A DNA stretch of 64,000 nucleotides from the human T2T-CHM13v2.0 reference genome, Homo sapiens: assembly GCF_009914755.1 (NCBI RefSeq), contig NC_060938.1, one strand, 5' to 3'. Below, in pieces: positions 17,901 to 36,782 of the stretch (the first letter of the stretch is position 1; every line of letters starts with the position of its first letter). The notes under the pieces are model-generated. The model saw only the letters and a list, made by a program, of their open reading frames with translations. It searched no databases and was not told the origin of the DNA. The translations under genes were made by a program, and so were the position numbers.

Positions 17901-19102
17901 TTTAATACGTTTCACTTTGGGGGTCATTTAGCCTTCACCTGGCAAAACAAACAAATGAAAATTTACACATAATTCTGTGAATTAATTTTTAAAAACTTCA
18001 TAAACCTCACCTTTATCCACTTTTATTCTTACTTATATTTACCTAGTCAGACTTTTCAGAACTTTTTCCAAGTTGTCAGAACATATTTAAAATAATAAAA
18101 TTAAAATAGGAGGAATTTTTGCCTGTCACCTTTGCTCTTCTCTCTTTTCCCTCATCCACTCCCACACCTTTTCTTCTTTAGTTTCCTTCCCCAACCATTC
18201 CAAACACTCATTATGCCCAAGCCTCTTTGGACACTTCGATCAAAATTTTCTCCTCTATATCATCCGGAGGAAATGCACCGTTTGCTCAGGGACACTTAGC
18301 TCACCTGCTTCCCACGTTTTCTCTCGGTCTCCACTTGTGTCTGGACTGAGTGTTGCTGACCACCACAGCATCAAAGAGCCTGTGAGACCACTGGATGCAG
18401 TCTGGGGGTCAGTGACCTCAGAGGAAATACCTTCAGTGTCCCACGGGCTCTGCAGGTCAGTGCACTCAGAGTGAGCTTCCTCACACTTTGCTGGGGAAAG
18501 TGTCCAGTAGCTTCAATAATCTCATGACCAAAAGACTGAAGAGAGGGGAGAAGACATCCGAGTTCACATTTTCAGGCAATAGTAGCTGACATTTCCTGAA
18601 TGATCCTTGTGTGTCAGGCACCTTAGGTCCGTTCATGACTTACCACATGTTTCTGTATGACAGCACCATGGGGAAGCTTCTGTAATTAATTCCTATTGGA
18701 TAGGTTGCTGCTGATGGAAGTGGGGTCTCCAAATCCTCTATCCCAGAGTCTGTGCTGTTCTGCAGACTGAATATGCTTTCTCCCCACCCCTTCCTCAGGC
18801 TTTGGCAAAGGAGACCTCTGAAAAATGGCACTTAGTATATTATTGACTTTTGTTTTTTAATTGGCTTTTGGACTAATGAGGTCAGTATAATGTGTGAAAC
18901 CAAACTAGAAGGCAGTGCTGGTAAGTTTGTTGAGTCTCTGACAAATATTTGGATTCTGAGCAATTCAAACATCCAGGCAACTTTAAAAGGTCTTCTTCCT
19001 CTGAGACTCATAGTGACTTATACAAATAAAAATAAAAGATTAGTAATAATAGTAGTTCATCAAACACTGCATTTACTTATATTTTCTCAAATACTATTTT
19101 CT

Positions 19103-19417
19103 TTTTTTTGAGGCAGAGTCACTCTGTTGCCCAGGCTGGATTGCAGTGATGCAATCTTGACTCACTGCAACCTCTGCCTCTTGGGTTCAAGCGATTCTCC
19201 TGCCTCAATCTCCTGAGTAGCTGGGATTATAGGCATCTGCCACCAGGCCTGGCTAATTTTTGTATTTTTAGTAGAGACAGGGTTTCACCCTGTTGTCCAG
19301 GCTGGTCTTGAACTCCTGTGATCACCCACCTCGGCCTCCCAAAGTGCTCAAGTGATCACCCACCTCGGCCTCCCAAAGTGCTGGGATTTCAGGTGTGAGC
19401 CACCATGCCCAGCTTCG
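19103..19417 (-). mobile_element. AluS with an internal 31-bp duplication
   Basis: TSD aatactattttct at 19090-19102 and 19418-19430. Confidence 0.9.
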
Positions 19418-19947
19418 AATACTATTTTCTACCATACCATTTAAATGTCATTCAAATTTAATATTTTCAACAAATTTTGAAAGAAGGCAATCAGGCAAAT
19501 TTCATCTCAGTCAAATAATCCCTAAAGTTACACATGCTGTGGCTGTACCTTTCTCAACTTTGTTTCCCTTCATCCAGTTAAGACTTGGTTGTGCAGAGTT
19601 AGGGGCTCCGCAGGTGATGACATGATCAAAGGCCCTGACCCTTGTCACAAGAGTACTCACTAAGAATAAAAGTGTTTGACATCCTCTCAGCAACTCTGAT
19701 GTGTAATCCCACCAGCAATTAGTGTTTTTCTTTCTCCGCGTTGATTACAGATAGTTTGCTTTTCCCTGTATGACTGCAAAGGTGTGTATATTTGAATGTA
19801 TGTCTGTATGTTGTTTGGGTTGCAGGGAAGGAAGGAGTAGAAAAAGGAATAAGAGGTGGCTGTGATTGGCTGGTCGCTCTGAATGCAAATAACTCTATGC
19901 TTTTCACCTTTAGTGAATATATAAATGTCTCAGGATAGGAGCGATAA

Positions 19948-20789
19948 TAAATAATGCCAAAGATCTTCCTTAGTGGTCCTGTGGCTTCATTGAAGGCATA
20001 CATTGAAATGTTTCTAGCCAGGTGCAGTGGCTTACACCTGTAATCCCAGCACTTTGGGAGGCCGAGGCAGGTGGATCACAAGGTCAGGAGTTCAAGACCA
20101 GCCTGGCCAAGATGGTGAAACCCCAACTCTACTAAAAATACAAAAAATTAGCCGGGCAAGGTGGCACGTGCCTGTAATCCCAGATACTCCAGAGGCTGAG
20201 ACAGAGAATTGCTTAAACCTGGAGAGGCGGAGGTTGCAGTGAGCCGAGATCGTGCCACTGCACTCCAGCCTGGGTGACAGAGCGAGACTCCGTCTCAAAA
20301 AAAAAAAAAGAAAGAAAGAAAGAAAGAAATGTTTCTGAACAGGGGAAAAGCCAAATGCAATGGGCATTCCCGAAAGACTGAAGAAAGAATACGTGCAAGT
20401 TGATTCTTCTGGGGTTTCCAGGAAAGTTGGGAAAAGAAAATGAATCATTTAAAAAGTGGAGAGCTGATGCCTGGCCCTCTGTACTTGTTTCTCTCAGGGA
20501 AGAAAGGCAGCAGAAAGTAGAGCAGTGTCCCAGTCCACACGTGTCCAGGGAAGAGAGGCTTCTATTTTTAACTGCAGTTACACAAGACTGTTGGCTTTTA
20601 TGTTTCAGACGCAGTGCTGTGAAAGACCATGTCCTTGTAGTTTTCATTATTTCAGAGGTAAAATGGAAAGCAGGAGTAAGAGCCCCAATCATTAAGAACA
20701 CGGCTTAGCTCTCTGCAGATCACAGACTCAGCCACCAACTCCTGCCCTGTAACCATGGAGATGCCCCCACTTCAGTCTGTACACAACCC
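19948..20789 (+). pseudogene. Unnamed TRAV-like relic B: leader remnant at about 19948-19996, V exon at about 20498-20752, nonamer-like ACACAACCC at 20781-20789
   Basis: Leader-like S-L-V-V-L-W-L-H; acceptor tgtttctctcAG; with frameshifts the exon reads [23 protein letters not shown] ... SSLQIT-DSATNSC. Confidence 0.7.
20016..20325 (+). mobile_element. AluS in the intron of relic B
   Basis: TSD gaaatgtttct at 20005-20015 and 20326-20336; (GAAA)n tail. Confidence 0.9.
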
Positions 20790-20914
20790 CACAAGAGGAA
20801 CCACTTACTCGCTTCCTTTTCTAATCAGCATGAAATAATATTTTTCATAATTATTATCTGAGGCTTTTCTATTTCCTCCTCTCTATCTACTTTGACAACA
20901 TAAAAATATATTAG

Positions 20915-21066
20915 GGCCTGGTCGTGGTGGCTCACACCTGCAATCCCATCACTTTAGGAGGCTGAGGTGGGAGGATCACTTGAGCCCAGGAGGTCGAGGC
21001 TGCAGTGAGTCATGATCATGCCAATGCACTCAGCCTGGGCAACAGAGTGAGACCCTGTCTCAAAAA
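20915..21066 (+). mobile_element. Alu monomer (FAM/FRAM-like)
   Basis: Single arm from ggcctggtcgtggtggctcac to gaccctgtctcaaaa. Confidence 0.75.
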
Positions 21067-24000
21067 TATATATATATACACATATGTATTAGGCATTATG
21101 CTGTACACAAAGAGCTTATTATCTAATACACATGATAATATCTGTCACTAGATGTAAGCTTTATAGAGATACCAATTTTTTTATCCAATAACCACTAACC
21201 AAACAATGATCAAATAAATAAATGGCAGGTTATATGTATACCGATGTGTAAAGGCAAATTTATGGCCAATGGTTAAAATTTACTGAAAACAAATTTCAGC
21301 TCGCTATAAAAAAGAACTAGCAATCAGAGTTTTCCCAAAAAGAAACAGACAGCTTTAAGGCATAAAATATTCCTTTCTACAGGAAATATTCAAAGAAAAG
21401 TAGAATGCCCATTTCCAGTGATGTTGCAGAATTACAAAATGATATGATTTTGTGCAAAACTAAAACATGTAAGTTTTGTATGGGGGAAAATAGCATCGAA
21501 GAACAGAACAACCAAACAGCTTGTAAAATGCATCGTGAATAAAAAAAGCTACTTCCAGCTTAATGGAAATTGGATTTTGGATTTGTATTTGAAGCATGTG
21601 TAGGATTTAAAATGAGAGAGATGGTAAGAGAATACATGCCAGGCAGGATAATCTTATCAAGGGCAATGATCAAGAAATAACAGAGAGAAAGGTTTAGGAA
21701 ATTAGAAGTTTCCAAATATGACTGAAAGAACCAATTTTTATTGGAAAATGCTGTGAGATAAGAGGGAATCTTGGCTTGAGACAATTGTTAGTGTAAGAGG
21801 ACTGCACACAGCCCAGAACTGGGTTTCTTTCCAGACAAAGAGAAAATGGTATGAGATTATCCATCCTTACCATAAACAACATTAAGGAATATCTTGAAAT
21901 TGTTTTTCAGAAAGAGCTAATATTAACCTAAATTTAAACTGTTAAATAACATCAAAGATTTACTTTACAAGCACATTTCTAAATGTACTGAAAAACTATA
22001 TTTCCATAATAATTGATTCAATGGACAGATAAATTTCCTTTTCCCTGAGTAGTTCTATCATCAACTAATAGCCCTTATTGCAGGAAACGAAAAATCTAAA
22101 CACTTTTCCGAAAGTGTCGCGATTCCCCGATCACTTTCCAGCGTGAATTTTCTTAGGGGTGAGGATGGGAACACTAATAGTTTCTCTGCACTCAGGAACC
22201 TCATAAAGGACAAACTTTCAAATCAAATAATACAGACCAAATAAATAAAACAGAGCTACATCTTGCTTTGCTTTACACTTCGTTCTCTTCCTTGTCTGTC
22301 TGCAAAAACCTTTGCATGATTTTCATTGAAAATAACTCCTGAATTGATGCGAGATTTTACTTACCCTGGGACCTACCCAGGCCTGGTTTAGATATGTTCC
22401 CATAGTCTTCCCTGCTCTTCCGGGTACTGAGTTACCATAAGGATAAACCAGGCAGACAGTTCTTAGACATTAGGGCTAATTTCTAATTTACCCCCCTGTG
22501 TCTTTCTTTTATCATCACAAACATGTTTGGTGTCTAATTTGGTTTACTCTTAGGAAAGGATGGTTTGGAGTACATAAAACAGAATGGTTCCTCAGGCAGC
22601 AATATGCTACAGTTTTAGAGATCTTGTAGCTCTATTTTTCTATTAATTGATGCAGGTTTTGAGAATCAACAAGCACATTAAAAATAGACATCAACACTAT
22701 AGTAAAATTAAAACAGTTATTCTGTCTTTTGTTGTTGTTTCCACATTATTCAGAAAGAGAAAAGTACTCTTTAAAATTAGAAATGGAGAACAACAAGGAA
22801 GAGAAATCTATTTTGTTGAAAAACAGCTTTTGGTAATATTATTCAGTGAAAGATGAAGTGACAGACGTGGAAACTTCTAGTCAAAGTTTGCAGCTTTTAT
22901 TTGCATTGAATATCTATCCAAGATGAATCATCCTAGAAAAGCAGCCAGTGGACTTGGAATAATCTCGCTCACCATGGTTTCTGCCAAGGAAGGATTTTCT
23001 TGGCGCAGAATGTTGGGTATTTATTTGGGGTCTTGAATGGGTGAAAGAGACAAAGAACAATTTACGAGAAAGAAAGGAGAAGAAGGAATGGATCCATGGA
23101 CAGAAAAGATTTGTCCTCAAGGGTACATCCAAGATTTGCTTTAATCTGTCATATAATGGAAATTTGAAACAGTTATTAGCACAGGTTCACAGCTTCTCAA
23201 AACTAAAAACCATTGTGGAAAAGAGGCTAAGCACAAAGATGTAAGCACTAAATGAGTATAACTGCTTTGCAGACAGTTTCATGTCAGTGGACATGTGCCA
23301 TTTTTCTTCTTTTTTTTTTTTTTTCTGCCCAGTGCAGCTGCCACATATTATTCAATGCACAACTTTACAGGGCATCATTCACATCTTAGTAAGACATGGA
23401 GAAAGACAATGCTGAGATAAAGAAAAGCAGATTTCCGAGAGCATCATCAGAGCCTACAAATTCAGCTCTGCCTGGAGCTGCAAAAGTCAAAATATTCTTT
23501 TTGGGGATCAAGCCAGCATGAATTGAGATTCTGTCATTTACAGCCAATGGATTCATAATTCTCATAGCCAAAAGGGAGAGGGATACTTTTGGTTCTCTGC
23601 TATTTTATGAGCTGAATTTATGGTCCACAGAAGCATTTTCTACTCAAAATAACTAGAGTTATGTAAAGACAAATAATCATTGGTCTACTCTCATTATGGG
23701 AAATAAGAGCCATAATAACCCTATGTGTGTTTTATGAATTTCAAATGGGAAAAATTTTGAAAACTACTAAAAATTCATAACTCTACATTATAAACATAAG
23801 AACTCTTACTTTTTCTATTTTTACTTTTTAATTTCCACTTTTGTTACTATTTTTACTTATTTTCCTTGTTTACATTTTTGCACATGAGGAAATCATATTG
23901 TAAGAATAATTTTATGAAATTTTATTCTCATTTTTAGAATTAAAAATGCCTTGGATTTATAGTTTGAATTGGCTACTATTTCACACCGTAGATATACAAT

Positions 24001-24099
24001 ACTTTATAATTTTCCTGATTGGGGATATTTTTATTATTTATTTCCAATTTTTATTATTTTAAATAGCATTGTGGTAAACATCTTTAAATATACATTTTA

Positions 24100-29465
<5,366 letters not shown>

Positions 29466-29649
29466 TAAATATACATTTTAATTTAACTTTTTATCGTTTC
29501 ATTAAGACAGCATCCTCGAACTGGAATTAGTGGTTCAATGGGCAAAACAGCTTTATAGCCTGTTGGTTCCTTGTCTGTCTTAATAGCATAACACCTTTTA
29601 AAAGCTTTCTAAATTCCTTATCTCTACTCCCTAACCCCTTTCTTACTCA

Positions 29650-30290
29650 AAACCCAGTCCAGGCAGATTTTTATCCCTATCCTTGTATCAGAATCACTTT
29701 GTTAAGGTCACAATGGGTTTCATAGCCTCAAATCCAATGATCCATTACCATGTTTTATCTTACTGAATTTCTCAGAATAATTTGACAATTTGGTTATTCT
29801 CTCCTTGAAACATTATCTTTGCTTGAGTTTGGGGATTCCACACTTTCCTGGTTTGCTTTCAACCTCACAAGCCACTCCTTTTCTAGCTCACCTTCCTCTT
29901 GCTGACCTCTAGATACTGTGTTGTCTCAGGACTCAGTCCTCAAACATATATGCCGTCTACATGCACTCTCTAAGTGATTTCATCCAGGAATATGGCTTTA
30001 ATTACCATCCATACATTGATGACTCCCAGGTTTATACCTCCATCCAACCCCTCTCTGTTGAAAGCCAGGCTCATATATACTATAATCTATATAACATCTT
30101 TGCCAGATGTCTGTCTGGCATCTAAAATCTAAGATATCCACAACATACCTTATTCCCTCCCTTACGCTCATCCCTCACTCTTCCCCATCTCAAGAAAACA
30201 GTGATATAATTCACCCACTCGCTATAGCCAAAAATACTGGAATCTTCTTTAATTCTTCTCTTTCCCCCATACCCCACATTGTCAACAAAC
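29650..30290 (+). mobile_element. L2 fragment
   Basis: caaatccaatgatcc...ccacactttcctggtt...ggctttaattaccatccatacattgatgactccc, typical L2 ORF2 remnant. Confidence 0.6.
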
Positions 30291-32209
30291 TGGCCACATA
30301 AGATGTGTTTTCTGTCAGAAAAAAAAGCCTGACTTCATTTTTTAATTCAAATAAGAATGTTACATGATGGGTTCCAATGACAACCCAGTCATTTCATAAT
30401 TCTAATTCTAAAGTAGGTAGATGAATATGGTAAGGAACCTTGCATTGTGGCTGTCGCCAGTTGAAATATATTCCTGTTTTGCAATATTTCTTGCTTAGCT
30501 TTTAAGGGCTCTCCCGCAGATTCCAGAAGCTAATAAATTGTCTCTTTATTTGGCAGCTTGGGAATTTTTTTTTTAGCACCCTGGACCAATGCACCATTCC
30601 GGATGGTTGAGATATATACTTTTTCTTTAAGGGGTAGGAGGTAAGGGTGATGTTGGAAAGAGAAATGGGAAAGAAGCAGCAGCTTAACATTTGGACCCTG
30701 AAGCATGTTCTAGAGCAGGCTGGTTTTAAGAAAGTCCTCATTTGCCTCAAGGTACGTGACCCCAGTTTAATGACTATAGGCCTAAATGGGACAGGATCAC
30801 AATCACATTTGTCACCAGCAGACTCATATCTAGGAGGCATACAAGTTATTCCTGTTAGAACAGTGACTTACTGGAAAGTCATTTCCCACCACTGATTTGA
30901 GTCGCTGTTATTATCGTACATGAATTTCCATATACAATTAGGCCATATTACAGATTTGCTATTCCATTTAACTAACCTGTCTGCCTACCCTTAATTTTCA
31001 CTTAAGAATTTTCTTTCTCTTTCTTTTCACTTCTGTGCAATAGAAAATATACTCTTTTCTTCTACATTTTCTTCTGTTTTTTTTGTTTTGGCATAAGAAT
31101 GACAGGAATTTTTTAAATGTTTAATTGTAGCCAATCCTTTGCTAGTGGTCTTTGTCCTCTTTTAGGTTTTCTGATGTACAGTCATTTTATCTACTTACAT
31201 GCAGATGATGTTTTATCTCTTCCTTTCCAATTCTTATGCTTCTTATTGTTTCTCTGGGCTGACTGCATTAGCAAGTAGCTTCAACACAATCTTAGATAGC
31301 AGTAGTGGTAATGAACATCTTTTTCCTTCACCTACTTTAATAGGAAAGCCTCTAGCACTTTCCCATAAGTTGGTGCTGGTTTGGGATTACGGTGTATGCA
31401 AGTTTTATGTGATATGTTAAAGAATTAGTTATTAGTTTTTATTTTTCAATGTTTTAACATGAATCTGTGTTGTATTTTGTCAAATTCCTTTTCTGCATCA
31501 ATAAAGATAATCATATGATTTTTTTTCTTGGCTCTTGTATCAGTTATTAAGCTACTAACTCTTACCTACAATTGCTTAGCTCCTATACCTCGCTTCTAGA
31601 GTAGTAACTGCTGATGTCAATCATACACTGGCCCCTAGAGCTAGTTGACTTTTTAGGTGTGTTTTTCTTCTCTCTCCAACTGGATAATTAGCATATTCTA
31701 TTTTGTACATTTTATTAAATGTCTCCACAGGGTTAAGTGAATTTGTTGAGGTAGTGACACTCAACATTTATTGTTTACCTGCCACAACCCCTGTCCATCA
31801 TTGCTCAGTAAAATCGTTAATCATCTATAGCTAGACATATACCTGCTAGTACCTACCTAGAATGTTGAAATCACATACCTGAGATAAGAGAGAAGAAAAA
31901 TTCCAAGGAGAACTCTCATGTAAATGCTACTTCCTCCAAGCATCTAAAACAGCTCCTCTATTCTTTCTAGGAAAAAAAATCCCTTCTTTGAGGACATTCC
32001 TGGTAAGTATCCTCATAAATAGAAAAAAAATTTTACAAAGAGAACTAAAGTTTTGCTAGCATTTCTGTGGTTTCAGACTTAATGTGATGTGGGGATGCTC
32101 TGATTGGGAAAAAGAAAGATCATAAGGTTTCTAGGGAAGTGTACCAGTTTACAAATAGCCAGATTCTCCAGTGACCACCTCATGTGTCTATTGTTTTTTT
32201 CTCAAGCAG

Positions 32210-32444
32210 AAATGTGAAAACAGGAGAAGGTAGAGTCCAGTCTTACCCAAACCCTGCATGTCCAGGAGAAAGCTAACTCTAGTCTAAGCTACAAAAAACG
32301 AAAAAAAAAAAAATTCTCCTTGTTTTACATAATTTCATACACAAAAAAGAATGGAAGAGTAATATCCACAATTAACATCAAAGATCCTCTTATTCTTCAT
32401 AGACTCAGTGTAGAGGCTCAGACACTTATGTCATGACCACAGAA
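32210..32444 (+). pseudogene. Unnamed heavily decayed TRAV-like relic C
   Basis: Acceptor ttttttctcaagcAG; QEKVE..QTLHVQE; later KKNGRVISTINIKD (compare TRAV41 KHGRLIATINIQE); ends ..tcagacacttatg..CACAGAA (32438-32444). Confidence 0.55.
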
Positions 32445-33238
32445 AGAAATGAAGGAAGAAAAGAATGAGGATAGATTTGCTAGGGCCAGGGCTTTACCCA
32501 AGAAATATAGCTGAGAAAATGTGGGAGGGTAATAGGTAGGCACCTATGCTCCACAGGATGAGACCTGGATGCAAAGAACAGATGAGAGCTTTCTTCCCTA
32601 TCCTCTCCTCATCTTGAGTCCCTAGTCATTGCTGCAAGTACAGGAAACCATAAAACAGAGTTTCAGAAAACTAATATGTAAAACATGAGAAATTACCAGT
32701 GTGCACAGGTGCCCAGAGCTAAATATAAAGCACTTGGATATTTGCAAAAGCACTAGCATGCTCAGAGTTAGCCAGTTACTAGACTGCTTTCTCACACCTG
32801 AAAACATCCTAAAAGAAAGGATACTACATTTTCCTCCTTTGTCTTTTTAACGAGAATTTGGAAAAGGTCTAACTCTTTTAACTTATTTAAAGCTGCTGAG
32901 ATTGAGACATATAATACAGCTCTGGTAGAAAAATAATCAATTAAGGGAAATAATCAGATCTTCTCTCAACCTATTCCTACCCCCCTCAGAATGTACTACA
33001 GTGCCATAGAGGCAAAAAGCCTGCATAATTCTTTAAAGGTGAGGGGAGTGAGGGAGTTTCAGGTGTAAAGGATTTTCAGACAGTCATAACTGGAGAAACT
33101 TTCCTTTTAACACTGTTTGCTTTCTTTCTTTTTTGTTTGCTCCTCACCTCTCTGTATGTTCCGTCTACCTTTCATTTCAACATAACGAGTTACTTTATAT
33201 TAAGGGGGAAATGAAAAAACAATTTTTTTGAGTTCAGA

Positions 33239-33254
33239 CCACCTGGGGGCAGTG
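33239..33254 (+). promoter_or_regulatory. Candidate CTCF site about 260 bp upstream of TRAV37
   Basis: CCACCTGGGGGCAGTG versus the CTCF consensus CCACCAGGGGGCGCTG. Confidence 0.55.
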
Positions 33255-33498
33255 CTTCCTTTGACAGAGGCACTGCCAGAAACTAGAACAAGGGGAAGGG
33301 AACAGCAGGAGGAGGGCATTCAATGATGTGTGTGATGTAACAGTGAGGTTTTGATTATCCGTAAAAACAATGAAGATTCCCCAAAGGCTACCCAACCAAC
33401 AGAACCAGAAGACTCTAGAACAGTGAACTAGGCCCAGTGAACACGGCCAAATCTAGGTCTCCAAACTGAATCCACAGAGGCTCCAGGAAAAGGAAAGA

Positions 33499-34052
<554 letters not shown>

Positions 34053-34978
34053 TTGCTGAGGGGCCTGGGCACACCTCCTTTTATAAGGGCCCTGGGGCAC
34101 TGACTATAACTCTGCTGCATACAAAGGGAAATATGAGGGACTGTTTTATAACATAATATCAAACATTTCATTTGAAGACCATGTGAGGAAGGATAGTGTT
34201 TTCAAATACCATCTAAAGTACTTTGTTTCTCAGTGTGAGGCCCTTCCTTTGTGAAAACTAGCCCAAAAACTAGAGGCTAAATATCAAAAAGGAGAGAGCA
34301 CTAAAGAACAAAGAAAGAACAGGGTAAAATTCTTGTCTTTGAGCTTCTTTGTAGACTTTTACAAAGATATAGAAAATACAAAATCTTGAAAGCCATGACC
34401 ATCAAATTCAGTAGTGAAAGGAAAAATATTTTGACATGCCAAAAAGATTGGCTTAGAAGATCAAGTACCAAAATCTGAGGGAAAATTGTACAAAGCATTT
34501 AAAGGAAAAGAGAACACAACATGGTAGAAAAGCTGTCTTCTCCTTAAAAGGGATAAAATGCCAACCAGCTAGCTAGAAAGGAAGTCAATGATGTGAGGAG
34601 AGGTCATAAACAGTGAGTCCAGCATCCTGCTCTTTTCTAGGGTCAGAGCTCTGAGCAGGTAGGGTGGGAGGAGGGTGAGTCACATTTAGCAATGACTCTG
34701 AACTGAAGGAACAGTGAATTTTGGCAAAAACTGTTTTGATCATTGTGTCTTATATCAATACTCACAAGAAAACGCCCATTACAGAGGAAGCATTCAACAA
34801 CCATGTGGACAAGACGGTCGGTCCAAAGCATGTCAGCCAGCCAGAGAATGTCTGTGCTTGTCAATTTCTTGAACAATAGACCCATGAATAGATTAGCTGA
34901 GGTGACAGATTGAGTTTCTTTATAAGCCCAGAAGCATGGGTTTTCTCCCACCAAGACAGATTCAGCTACTTCTGCTGC

Positions 34979-35299
34979 TGTCACAGGACTTTTCCTTAGT
35001 TCAAAGACAGGGTTCTTTTCCCATGGGCACGAAAATTCAGGCTCGCAAACAATTTGAATGGTGAGTAAGACACGGTTTTATTGGGTGAAGAGGAAGAAAA
35101 GGGGGAAACAGGGACTCTTACAAGGCCAGAGTCCCTGCTAGAGCACTTCCCACCCCGCAGTTCGAATCCCAGGTTCCACACAGGAAGAGGAGGAGCCTGG
35201 CTCCTCCCCACTGCAAAGGATGCCAACTTCTGCGGCTCCACCCCAGTGCACAGGCTGCTTGGAATTTCTCTAGGGACCCCCTCCCACCTGGCTGTCTCA
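34979..35299 (-). mobile_element. MER61-like ERV1 solo LTR
   Basis: Reverse complement begins TGAGACAGCCAGGTGGGAGGGGGTCCC; TG..CA ends. Confidence 0.7.
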
Positions 35300-36782
35300 C
35301 TACCAAATGTCCACCCTGTCAGCAGTAAATACAACACTGAGCCTTCGATGTGGAATCATCCTTCAAAGGAACCAGCCACACACTAGTTGGCAAGTTGATT
35401 ACATTGGACCACTTCCAACCTGGAGGTATTAGGAATTTTTTTTCTTCTTAATACATATTCTGGGTGTGAATCTGTGGTCTCCTCCAAAGTGCCACACATA
35501 GTTGCATGAACTGATGGCTCAGAGTGTCTCATTGATCATTCTGATCATCAAAGGATTTCACATCCCTTGCATCAACAGACCCACTTTATATCAAGGGCGT
35601 GTGACAGTAGTCATGTCATATAGCATATAGCTTCATCATACAGCATTAGCCATGAACCACTAGCCTGATAGAACTTTGGAATGACCACTTAAGGGCCCAG
35701 CTAAAGCACCAGCTTAGGGACAGCACCCTGAGGGGCTGAAAAGCTATTCTTTGAGATAGTGTTGTGTCCCTGTTACATAAAATACATGGACCTGGGTAGC
35801 AAGGGATGGAAGTAGGACTATCACCCCATCAACCACCACTTTCAGTAACCCACTTTTGTGCTTCCTGTTCTTATAACTATAGGTTCTGCTGGACTAGGGA
35901 TTCTGTTTCCCTTTGAGGGGGAAAAGGGAGGATGCTGCTTCTACGAGGGAAATAGGTTTTTACCAAACCCAAGATAATATATACTACCTCATAATTTGGG
36001 GATCTTCATGCCAGTCCTGGAGGCCAAGAAAGGAGTTACTACTGTCATGGACAAGTTGATCCTGATTATCATGAAGCTAAACCCCATAGCGGAACTGGGG
36101 ATATATGTCTACAACTCAGGGAATTCACTGTGATGACTTTTAGCACTTTCATGTCAGTGATTATCGTAAATAGGCAACTGTAGCAACTACAGCCTGACAA
36201 GAGCAGACTAACCAGGGGCTTATACCCCTCGGTGATGAAGGTCTAGGTTACCTCCCTGGAAAAGAAATCTAGAGCAGTAGAAAAAAATGCTAGCCGAAGG
36301 TGGGGAGAATCAAGAATAAGTAGTATAGAAGGTAGATGGAGGAGATAATAAATATGAGTTGCAGTCATGCAACTAACTATAACAAACGTAACTTGTCCCA
36401 GTAACCCTCTTGTTGTCAAAACAACATCAACAACAAAAACTAGTGATCTATATGAATTTAACACACAGCACAAGTGGATCTGAGCAAGGCAAGGAGTGAA
36501 CTGTATAGATACTGTTGGTTCCCTACCTATATCTCCTAGGCAGTCACGCCAACATGCTGGACACCACTCGCTGAAAATCCCAGCAACCCTGAAGATGACT
36601 TTGACTTTCTGGCCATGAATGTGGAGGCTGTGGAGGACAAGCCAGAAATGCAAAAGAGTTAATGCCCCAAAAGCAGTTCTTAATCAGTGATAGACAGGGA
36701 GTTTAGGCATGATTACTCCAGTTTCTTCATGACTCATTTGGCATAGCTCCAAAGAGTATGCTATGCTGTCTCTTAGAGTTAT

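Noticed and set aside
18640-18790. Possible V relic (QHHGEA..., VCAV)
   Set aside because: No acceptor, first Cys or RSS in proper spacing; too weak to call.
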